Origin: Saprolegnia diclina VS20
Taxonomy: Eukaryota
Assembly (NCBI RefSeq): GCF_000281045.1
Contig: NW_008246080.1
Location: 487,433 to 507,432, forward strand
Direction: 5' to 3'
DNA: 20,000 nucleotides
A program made the translations under genes and the position numbers. The notes under the pieces were generated by a model. That model was not told where the DNA came from, made no database searches, and was given only the letters and a program-made list of their open reading frames with translations. The first letter of the stretch is position 1; each line of letters begins with the position of its first letter. Shown here one piece after another: positions 1 to 9,000 of the stretch.

Positions 1-2
1 CT

Positions 3-1130
3 CCTGCTGCAACACCTCGGACTGTTGTCGCTGCAACGTTGCCACAGCGCGTCGACGGCAGTGACGACGATTCCGACGGTTTGGGTGCTCTCGAAGCGGA
101 GCTTGGATTGAAGCGGTCGACGCCGGTGCTGCCTCCGCCCAAGGCCCGAGCAGCACCAAAGGCCCGAGCCGCACCAAAGGCTCAAGCAGCGCCAAAGATC
201 CGAGCAGCGCCAAAAGAACCCAAGCCTCGAAAGGCGCCGGTACGCAAGGCCCCCGAGCAGCGCAAGCCACGTGTGCCGGTTCAGGCCGTCGTCTCAGAGG
301 ACTCGGATGGACTTGACGCGCTAGAAGCGGAGCTTGGCCTTTCGTCCGCCGCTGCAAAACCAGCTCGCAGCGTCAAGAGTGCACCGCGACAAGCGCCAGC
401 GCCTCGAACGCCGGTCGTGGTGCAGCCGATGACGGTCGCATCCGACTCGGATGGTCTTGGCGACCTTGAAGCCGAGCTCGGGATTGCTCCAACGGTAGTA
501 GTCGTGCAGAAGAAGCGCGGTCGACCTCCAAAGGCCAAGTCGTTGGGCGCCAGTAGCAGTGCCGACGTCAGTGCGCCAAAGAAGCGAGGACGTCCGCCAA
601 AGCCAAACCCTCTTACGACACCGATGACGGTCGGAACGACACCGCCTGCCGTCCCGCAGCCCAAGAAGCGCCTGCCCAATGCCAACACAGCACCGGCGCC
701 TGCAGCGCGAGCTGATGTCTCGGACTCGGACGACGATGGTCTGGATGCGCTGGAAGCTGAGCTCGGTCTCCCGTTTGCGCCCCAAGGTCGACCAGCGACG
801 ACGGCAACTCCGACTGCCCGAGCCCCAACGAAGCGCCCACTCAAGACCACGTTGTCGTCACTGCCTTTGCACGAAAATGACAAAGGGCTTGCGGCTCTCC
901 AAGGCGAGCTTGGGACGCCATCTCGGAAGCGAAAGCTACCGACACCAGCACCTGCGCGACGGGTGAAACCAAAGGCAGCTACGAGCCGGGTCGCCAAGAC
1001 GCCAGCGTTAGCCAAGACGTCAGTTCCGGCACTTAGGACACCAGCGCCAGGACCCAATGCGCCAGCTCCAACAGCAGTCGACTCGGACGACAGTGGTCTC
1101 GATGCCCTCGACGCCGAGCTCAATTTGTAG
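3..1130 (+). CDS. Low-complexity Pro/Ala/Lys-rich protein with two AT-hooks and six acidic amphipathic repeats (5' end outside window)
   Basis: Frame is open from position 3 to TAG at 1128-1130, and the track's start at 39 is TTG, so the gene is 5'-truncated. KKRGRPPK (AT-hook core RGRP) occurs at 510-533 and 579-602. The DSDGL[DG]ALEAELG[LI]-type motif is repeated six times. Confidence 0.8.
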   Translation, partial: PAATPRTVVAATLPQRVDGSDDDSDGLGALEAELGLKRSTPVLPPPKARAAPKARAAPKAQAAPKIRAAPKEPKPRKAPVRKAPEQRKPRVPVQAVVSEDSDGLDALEAELGLSSAAAKPARSVKSAPRQAPAPRTPVVVQPMTVASDSDGLGDLEAELGIAPTVVVVQKKRGRPPKAKSLGASSSADVSAPKKRGRPPKPNPLTTPMTVGTTPPAVPQPKKRLPNANTAPAPAARADVSDSDDDGLDALEAELGLPFAPQGRPATTATPTARAPTKRPLKTTLSSLPLHENDKGLAALQGELGTPSRKRKLPTPAPARRVKPKAATSRVAKTPALAKTSVPALRTPAPGPNAPAPTAVDSDDSGLDALDAELNL

Positions 1131-1182
1131 TTTTAGCACATGATGACACAACACAATTTTGCGATCTTCCGAGGCGCGCACC

Positions 1183-1224
1183 GATTGGCTGAAATACTGT
1201 CTAATACGTGTCGCTGATTGGCTA
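1183..1224 (+). promoter_or_regulatory. Tandem inverted CCAAT boxes upstream of the TPR-PH gene
   Basis: GATTGGCTGAAA at 1183-1194 and TGATTGGCTA at 1215-1224, 30-70 nt before the ATG at 1255. Both resemble the oomycete inverted CCAAT motif. Confidence 0.5.
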
Positions 1225-1254
1225 CCTTGAACATCGCTTTTGCAACAGGCGACG

Positions 1255-3068
1255 ATGGCGCTGGTCCGGCGGCCGAGCATGCTGACGATGCGGTCGGGCG
1301 CTGCGACCAACATCCTCATCGAAGTGCGCTTGTCGCTTCATGCCTCCTAGCGTCTCATGCGTGCGCTAGGTCAAGCAGAAAACCCGGCGGTCCCTCGATG
1401 CGCTCGAGCGCCAGTATGGCGAGTGTACGCCGACCTTGCTGTCGTGGTCCATGGCTCACGTCGCGCTCTAGTCGACATTAACATTGCGGACCAGCTTGGC
1501 CAGCTCTCGCTCTACTGCATCATGGGCGGCGAGTACGACGAGGCGCTGCCGCTGCTCCACCGCAAGCTCGTCATCCATGAGAAATTTGGGCCTGGTACGC
1601 GCTTCTCGAATTCAAGGGCATGGCCTCCTGACGCAGCGTAGACGAGAGCATTGGCGACACGTACCAGCAGCTCGGGACTACGTACCGCCTGTACGCCAAC
1701 TATCTCTTGGCGGCGCAGCATTTCGAGAAGGCGCGGAGCCATCGCGAGCGGCTCTACGGGACGAACAGCGCCAAGGTCGCCGAGACGCTGAGCAGCCTCG
1801 CGGTCCTGCACCATTGGTACGACTGGAATCAAAACGGCGGTGATTGTACTATGGAAATAGCCAGGGCAACACGGCCGTGGCAGAGGACTACCACACGCAG
1901 AGCCTGGTTGCATTTTACGAAAGCACCGAAGAAGAGGACGTGCAGAGCGAAGAGATTCCGTGGGAAGTGTTCAAGCGGCTCCGGCAGCAGCAGACGCACC
2001 CGCCGTCGACAGCGCAAAACAGCATGACGCTGCTGAAAGGCACTATCCGCAAGACGATCCAGGCAGCGGTGCTTCAGGAAACGACGGCGCCACCCGTGTC
2101 GTCGACGTCCATAGCAAGTGCGGACGATTTCGAGCCGCCAAAGCTGCGCATGCGGTCGCTCTCCGACGGTGCGCTGCCACTGCACACCCCACCCACGTCG
2201 TCCAACGGCGCGACGGACCGCCCCAAGGTCGCCCAGCTCCTCAAGAAGCAGCTCTCGACGTCGTTCGACAGCACGATAGTACCCGATTCGCCCATGGAAA
2301 CAAGCCAAGGCCACTTCCCCGAGACAACGCACGAGCCGATCACGAGCTTTCCGGTGCTCGTCGAGCGCGTCGACAGCGTCAAGCGCAAGCACGCATCAGG
2401 GCTCGGGTTCCCCGGCATTGAAAGGGAGATGAACCGCCTCGCGTGTGACATTGGGCTCATCGCTGCCGGCGACCTTCGCCAAGTGGGCCTGCTCATGCTC
2501 GGGCTGCTCCAAGACACGGTCAAGCTCAGCAGTCAGCTCGATCAGAAAAAGGTACCCCATGTGCTGTTGAATGGGTCGTCTGCAAACAGCATGTAGCTCC
2601 CCGTGCTGGAAGGGTATTTGGAGAAGAAGAGCTCGTCGATCTTTCGGGGCTGGGAGCGTCGGTGGTTCAAAGTCGATACGCGGACGCTCGTCATGACGTA
2701 CTTTCACTCGAAAGAAGACCAAATGCGCGGGTTTGCACCCCGTGGCAGCTTTGCGCTTTCGCGAATCACGCACCTCGTGACCCACACCCACCTCCGGTGC
2801 TTTGACTCTGTGCAAGAGCTCTACTGAATGCTATGGGTTTAGGGGTAATCGGTATGCGTTCGATATCGTTGTCGACCTGGGCACGCGCGCCAACCCGCAT
2901 GCGACGCGGACGTTTGAACTCCGTTGCGAGTCGGAAGCCGACCTCAAGTACTGGGTCGACACGATTGAAAAGTACCAGGCGTTCAGCCGCCGCACCTCGA
3001 GCAATGCGACCGCGCTGCCACCGCTCCCGCCGTCCCCACCGACGTCGCCACCCACGTCGCAGAATTGA
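1255..3068 (+). CDS. TPR-repeat (kinesin-light-chain-like) + C-terminal PH domain protein, 7 exons, ~512 aa
   Basis: Exons 1255-1323, 1370-1424, 1472-1594, 1642-1816, 1861-2551, 2597-2796, 2843-3068 are joined by 44-47 nt GT-AG introns into one open frame. TPR-like segments: YDEALPLLHRKLVIHEK, IGDTYQQLGTTYRLYANYLLAAQHFEKA, VAETLSSLAVLHH. PH domain: LEGYLEKKSSSIFRGWERRWFKV ... FELRCESEADLKYWVDTI. Confidence 0.85.
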
Positions 3069-3591
3069 TCGTTGTACAAGAGCAAAGATCGCTACTCAAA
3101 TGCATGTCGTACAGCTCTTGTGTTGGTTGGCGTCAAGGTCGTCGGGAGTACTATCGCAAACTCCAGTCGCCACGAAAAAGGGCGGCGCATCCATCACCAC
3201 CGATATCTCCTCGCACCGAAGAAGAAGCTGATCGAGCAGCCAGTCTTTACAGAGTGAGTTAGAGGCAGTTGCTGCATGAAGCGGGGGCGGCGGGACTAGT
3301 ATATGTCTATCAAGTACATATCCTGCTCTGTGTCGAAGGCGAGGAGAGAGCAATTGCGTTCATTCTACTAGTACAAGCGACCACCAGAATGACTAGAATC
3401 AGCAGAACATCTGGATCTGGATCTCGTGTTCCAGAGGACGAGATGGAGCCAGTCGGTGCGGTGCCGTACTCATGGGGACAGTATGTCGTACACCTACCCC
3501 TCACAAACAGATGGACGAACGCCATATCCAGAGCTGAATGATCCAGATCACAAGGATCTTCTTTACATGCAAGGAGACGACGATGCTTGGA

Positions 3592-3606
3592 CTCATTTTC
3601 CAATTT
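3592..3606 (+). promoter_or_regulatory. Oomycete initiator + flanking promoter region (INR+FPR)
   Basis: CTCATTTTCCAATTT matches the oomycete consensus (G)CTCATTYYNCAWTTT and lies just upstream of the ATG at 3612. Confidence 0.7.
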
Positions 3607-3611
3607 CCTCG

Positions 3612-4295
3612 ATGGTGGCCATCTACCTTCCCAGCATCCTTGCACTCGCGGCTGTCGCACTCGCTGCTCAAGAGGCACCGGCCGACGCCATGACCTTCAA
3701 GAGACCCGACGACTGCGACGACAACCGTGGTGGCGGCGGTGGCTGGAACTCGGGCGGCGGCTGGAACTCGGGCGGCGGCAAGTGGAACGGCGGTGGCGGC
3801 GGCGGCGGCTGGAACAATGGTGGCGGCGGCGGCTGGAACAATGGTGGCGGCGGTGGCTGGAACAACGGTGGTGGTGGCTGGGGTAAGCGCACTCCGTGCC
3901 CGCAGCCCGGCCCTAACCCCGGCCCCAACCCCGGTCCTCAGCCCGGTCCCAACCCAGGTCCTCAACCCGGTCCCAACCCAGGTCCTCAGCCCGGCCCCAA
4001 CCCCGGTCCCCAGCCCGGTCCCAATCCCGGTCCCAACCCAGGCCCGCAGCCCGGCCCGAACCCCAGCCCTTACAACCCGCCCGCCCCTGGTCCTCAGCCC
4101 GGTCCCGGCCCGCAGCCTGGTCCTGGCCCGCAGCCTGGTCCTGGTCCTCAACCCGGCCCTGGACCTCAGCCTGGTCCGGGCCCGCAGCCTGGTCCCGGTC
4201 CTCAGCCTGGCCCGCAACCCGGTCCTGGCCCGCAACCGTACAGTCCCGGTGTGACGCAGGGTGCATCGTGGCAGCGCAACCTTCGCCAGAACTAG
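3612..4295 (+). CDS. Secreted Gly/Trp- and Pro/Gly-repeat protein, 227 aa
   Basis: ATG at 3612 follows the INR. Signal-peptide-like MVAIYLPSILALAAVALA, then G(3-7)WN repeats, then PGP[QN] / PGPQPG repeats; stop TAG at 4293-4295. The track's upstream start at 3426 is not ATG. Confidence 0.85.
   Translation: MVAIYLPSILALAAVALAAQEAPADAMTFKRPDDCDDNRGGGGGWNSGGGWNSGGGKWNGGGGGGGWNNGGGGGWNNGGGGGWNNGGGGWGKRTPCPQPGPNPGPNPGPQPGPNPGPQPGPNPGPQPGPNPGPQPGPNPGPNPGPQPGPNPSPYNPPAPGPQPGPGPQPGPGPQPGPGPQPGPGPQPGPGPQPGPGPQPGPQPGPGPQPYSPGVTQGASWQRNLRQN
3729..4240 (+). repeat. Coding tandem repeats: GGGWN block (~3729-3884) and PGPN/PGPQ block (~3900-4240)
   Basis: Seven Trp-centred Gly-rich units, followed by 12-nt and 18-nt period repeats. 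Variation is mostly at third codon positions. Confidence 0.9.
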
Positions 4296-4954
4296 TCATT
4301 TGTCGGCAGATCCTTTGTGCTCTTTATGTTTCTCATCACTCGTTGTAATTCATCAACCTTTTTCTACAATCTCTTGCACATTGACACAACAGCTCGACCT
4401 CATTTTCTGCTGCGAAGACAATGCTTCCACAAACAAAAATCGCTGGATCGGGGTGCACCCACTAATTTATCAAGAAGAGAGCCAACGCAATAGCCAGAAT
4501 ACACACCATTCGCCTTCTAGAATTGCATGTTGGAAACCAGTCTGCAGAGTTGCAGCACCAGCTCGAGTTGCAGTTCAAGTCCCCGTCGTGACGCCCGAAG
4601 CAGTCGCCGCCACCCGCGCCGCGCTCTTGGCCGAGCTGCATCTTCACCACTTGCTGCTGAATACCCAAGCGATGTGCCTCTTCCAAATGATGCACGCCCT
4701 GCGCCACGACGCCTGGCTTCGTGACCACTTCGTCCCGGCTTGCGCCATCCATACGCCTCGCGTTCGACACGGCTAAGCCTCGCCGCTGCTGCCGTCTAGC
4801 ACAACACGCTCGGAATCGAAAGTCCACCGCCAAAACAGTTCAGTGTAAATTATACCTCAACAGACTCACTTCAACAACAACCGCTTGTCAATTGAGAGCC
4901 CACCGAGAACCCAGAAGAGGCCATCGCCATCGCATCACCAAACCCTCAACAGCT

Positions 4955-5055
4955 GTGCGAAAAGTATCTTGGCCGTTGCATGGGTCGTGCGTGAGCTCTG
5001 GGTGCACAGCCTGTCCTTCTGCGAGAACCTTGAGCTCCGTGCGATCTACTTGACG
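4955..5055 (+). mobile_element. Possible decayed hAT-like DNA-transposase fragment
   Basis: Translation AKSI...WVVREL..HSLSFCENLELR resembles, from memory, the W[IV]V....P[LF]SFCE....R segment of oomycete hAT-like transposases. No intact ORF or terminal repeats were seen. Confidence 0.3.
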
Positions 5056-5315
5056 TGCTTGATGTCGCAGTGTGCCAGGTTGCATGGCTGCACTGCACCT
5101 AGCATCATGTTGATGACGACTTCGGAAGCCGTCGACGTATCGTCGCCGAGAGAAGGTGCAGTCAGTTACAGTTTTGGTGGGGTCCTACTGAATTTATATT
5201 CCGTAAATTCAATGTATACTTGTATTTTCAATCCAAAGGTACGATTGTATTTTATGAGGGCGACCCGGTGGAGGGCATCGTTCTTTGAACATCGCATCAA
5301 AATATCTTTGGCCCG

Positions 5316-7087
5316 ATGCGACGCCTATGGACCGTAGTCGCGCTCGCCCTCGCCGTCGGCGCCTCGACCAGCCGCGTGCTCAGTGACGCAGATGACATCG
5401 TCGACACGGTCCCGAAGGACGTCTCGTGTACAAAGGTCAAGAAGTGCGACGACAACAACGAATGCGTCCTCGTCTGCGACCGCGGGTCGGTCGAGATCGA
5501 CCCGTGGGCCGCGCACGCGCTCAAGCTCCAGCGTCGGCTCGCCTACACGCACTCGCTCTGCCACGCGCAGCTCCCAGGCTCGCACAACTCGGCCATCAAC
5601 ATGGTTGACGTACGCTTCTTCGAGCGGCCTCGCTTTGTGCTCATTCCGCCGTGTTGTCTAGGGCTACGGCGTCGAAGACCACGTCTTTGAGGGCATCCTC
5701 AAGTACTTTCCGTGGTTCACGAGCAACCTCGTCGTGCACACCAACGATCAGGTACCCATTGCGTCAATGTCTCGCGACGTCTCATCCTGCGCGACTAGCT
5801 CTTTAGCATGACGGACCAGTTGCGCATGGGTGCGCGCTTCATGGAGCTCGACGTGCACTGGGTCGACGACGATCTGCGTATTGCGCACTGTGGCGGCTTT
5901 GACTCGTCCGTCCTCGATGACTTTGTCTCGGGTATCAACGCGATCGCCAAGCTCCTCGGCATGGAGATCCAGTGGGACTCGGAGACCGTTGGGTGCAAGC
6001 CGTCGCTGAGTAGTATCCCCGCGCACCAGCAGCGTCCGGCCCTGCACGCGCTCCAGGAAATCGCAGACTGGGTCCATGCGCCAGGTAGACAATATGACAC
6101 TCTGTCCATCGACACGACCCTGTAACACACTAGGAAATGCCGGAGAATTTGTCCTCATCTACTTTGACGATCAAATCAACCTTCTCAAGTGGCACAAGGT
6201 CGAGCTGCTCCTCGACTACATCAAGCAAGCGTTCGCCGTCGACGAGATTCTCAAGCCCTCTGACGTGCAGGTACTGCATCTTCTATGCTCGTCCTCCATC
6301 CTATCCGTGTTCCTGCGGATAGCACGGTGCGAGCTGGCCCACGTATGAAGCGCTGCTTGCCTCCGGGAAGCGCGTCGCCTTTCTCTCGGTCTCGGACTAC
6401 GCGCCGATCGGCGACGAACTGCTCTTCCACAAGTACGCGCTCTGTGGGTGGCAAGAACCCGACTTGCCATTCACGCCGTACCCTGCGTGCAGCTTCAAGA
6501 ACTGGAAGACGGGCACGATTGTCAACGACCACATTCTGTTTCGCCCCGAGACGAGCGAGATCCAGTACGGCTTTATCAACGCCGACGGCCACGTCGGTCC
6601 GAACGAGTTCCTCATCGACAACGCGCTCTTGCCGCGCCTCATGGAGTGCAACGTCAAGATCCCGTCGCCCGACAATTTGACGCCCAACCGCATGGCCGCC
6701 ATGATCTGGTCGTTTGCAGAACACGAGCCTTCCGACGTTAGCGCGTGCGTGGCCATGCCCCGGCGCTCAACCGCTCGCTGGTACTCGCATGATTGCACCG
6801 CCAGCCGTGGCTTCCGCCCTGCGTGCTACACCAATGCGACGGCCGAGAGCTCGTTTGCGCACTGGACGCTCGGTGACGTCTCGGACGGCCACCACGTCAC
6901 GTGCCCGAGCGGGTACACGTACGGCGCGCCCACGAACGGGTATGAGAACCGCGTCCTCTTTGACCTGCTGTGGAATGACAGCCCGGCGACAACCGCGGGC
7001 ATTTGGATCAACGCCAAGCCATACATGGACCACGTCGACGGCATGGCGCCCGTGTATGCGTACGACCAAGCCCGCCTCGCGACGTGA
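5316..7087 (+). CDS. Secreted PI-PLC-X-like (PLC-like phosphodiesterase) protein with Cys/Trp-rich C-terminal domain, 5 exons, ~523 aa
   Basis: Exons 5316-5609, 5662-5751, 5799-6084, 6134-6270, 6323-7087. Signal peptide MRRLWTVVALALAVGAST. Motifs LPGSHNS, DQ.FSMTDQLRMGARFMELDVHW, IAHCG and WPTYEALLASGKRV are typical of bacterial-type PI-PLC X domains. Confidence 0.85.
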
Positions 7088-7325
7088 GGTTCGAACCGGA
7101 TATGTTGACGTCGCCATTGTTTTCTTTTAGTGAATACAACTCTACTTAAGTGTACGAGCATGTGAATCAGGCGCGGCATGACAGGGGTCACCACTGGCGT
7201 AAAAGGGCGGCAACGTGGACACCTTGTCCTTCACAGGATCAATGTATCAAGTTGATGTGAAAAATAAGAAAGCAAAGAATAGAAAAATAGGAGATAAAAG
7301 GAGCTGAAACGACCGACACGAAAGG

Positions 7326-8038
7326 ATGGCCTTTGCGGCGGCGCTTCACTCGGCGTACGAAGCGCGTGCGTCGCACTTGGACTCGGACGAAGTCGCGGGC
7401 ATTCGCTCGGTACGTGGTTGTGGCGTAGTGACGAGATGACGAGAAGCCTCACCTGCTAGCTCTTTACCTACTATGACACCAACATGGACGGCAACGTCTC
7501 GTCGGTGCAAGCCCTGCGCATGTTCCAGCTCGTAAACACTGCCTGGTGAAAATGGCGTTGAAGAAATGCTCGCATTAGCTCGGGCTCACGGTCAACGAAG
7601 AGCATGTGAACGAGCTCGAGCTGCTCTCATTCGCAGGTACGACGCACGAGTGAGCCAAATGCGACGACAAATGACTCGGTAGAGTTTCTTGCGATTGTCG
7701 ACTGCCAGTACAAGGCAGCGCGCAGCCTCGACGAGGGCAGCCACGAGTGGCACCTCGTGGACCATTTCCGGCGCGATTACGTCACGCCGCACCAGCTCAC
7801 CTACTTTTTGATGAGCTGCGAGGCGACCGTGTCGGCGCCACACCTCGAGCGCTTCCAGGATCTGTACGCCAAGTACTTCTATCTACTGGCACGATACTTG
7901 GCTCTCAGAACGACTAGTGCGGACGAGTCGAGTGCGCGCTTTCGCTGCTTGGAGAAGGACGGGTGTCTCAAACTCCTCAGAGACTTTCATGCGCCCGAGA
8001 CCGACCACGACGACGCATTGCTTGCACGTGAAAAATGA
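7326..8038 (+). CDS. Divergent EF-hand (calmodulin/centrin-like) protein A, 5 exons, ~174 aa
   Basis: Exons 7326-7409, 7460-7531, 7579-7636, 7683-7863, 7909-8038. EVAGIRSLFTYYDTNMDGNVSSVQALRMFQLLGL is an EF-hand 1 with a DxNxDG loop. LSFAEFLAIV is the EF2 exit helix and VDHFRRDYVTPHQLTYFL a degenerate EF3. Confidence 0.8.
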
Positions 8039-8064
8039 TCAATGTTTCAAGTGTTCATCCATGT

Positions 8065-8737
8065 CTACGGCGCTTTGTGGCGGCGGCGCGCCGTGGACTT
8101 GGATTTCTTCTTCGACGTCCGCGGGTTCGCGCTGGGTTTGGCTGGGCTTTGGGCCGGCGACGCCGACGGCGACAGTTGCTGGAGGAAGCGCGTGAACCCT
8201 TCCTTGTCAAAGACGAGCGGGTCCGCCTCGGTGCTAGGTTGCATTTCGTAAGTGACAAATGTATGACAAGTTGTACATGGTCGAGTTGGACTGCTGCGCG
8301 AGAAAGTCGAGGATCGTCTCTTGCGGTACGTCCAGATTGCACGTTCGCAAAAACTCGTGGAGCTGGTTGTACGAGATCGTCGCTTCTTCCCGGGGCTCGG
8401 TTTCCGAGACTTCGATCGACGTTGTTGTTGTCTGCGCTTCAAGCGTACGCATAAACTCTAAGCACTCTAACTCGACGACTCGGATGCACTCAGTAATTTG
8501 TACCGTCGAGAGGGACATCTTCGAGTCGCTGGATCTGCACCTCAGTGAGGTCCAAGCCGAGCTACAAGGGAAATTTTGGGTATCGACGAGAAATAGCTAT
8601 GGCGTACGAGCTTGAACACTTCGCGCGCTTGGTCGGGCGAGAGGTTGACGTCGTCGGCTTCGTTTTCAAAAAGGTGCATAAACTACCCCAATGTCATCAA
8701 CATTTTAGTCGAAAAGGCCACGGGTTACCGAGTCCAT
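8065..8737 (-). CDS. Divergent EF-hand-like protein B, paralogue of 7326-8038, 5 exons, ~163 aa (start may instead be the in-frame ATG at 8947)
   Basis: Minus-strand exons 8737-8729, 8682-8608, 8561-8504, 8457-8277, 8233-8065 with 43-46 nt GT-AG introns give an open frame: NLSPDQAREVFKLLGLDL...VPLDEFMRTL...ISYNQLHEFLRTC...FDKEGFTRFL, plus a basic tail SKKKSKSTARRRHK. Confidence 0.7.
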
Positions 8738-9000
8738 GATACGGGAGGTGGGCAGGATGTGCTTGGCGCAAGGGCAAAGGAAGTGTGGCTTGCTGTAGCT
8801 GGCCGCAACCGGGGATCTTCGATGTTTTACCTTGTCCCGTCGCGGGAGATGTTCGTTTTTCGAGCGCTTCAACGTAAGGTTTATCGTGACAGCGTATTGG
8901 CCCGCGTTCTTAAGCTTCGACGAAGCTTTGACACGGACTGGGACCATTCAGGGCCGTCGGATACGTCCTGTGACGATCTTGGCATTATCATTCTCTCATT

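Noticed and set aside
3072..3560. Short ORFs on both strands between the PH gene and the secreted repeat gene
   Set aside because: No recognisable motif, mostly non-ATG starts and no consistent splice model. Treated as UTR/promoter.
3729..4240. Repeat array as CRISPR or a non-coding satellite, or the protein as a true prion/collagen homologue
   Set aside because: There are no unique spacers and variation is synonymous within an ORF. It lacks the His of the PrP octarepeat, any PrP globular domain and Gly-X-Y periodicity.
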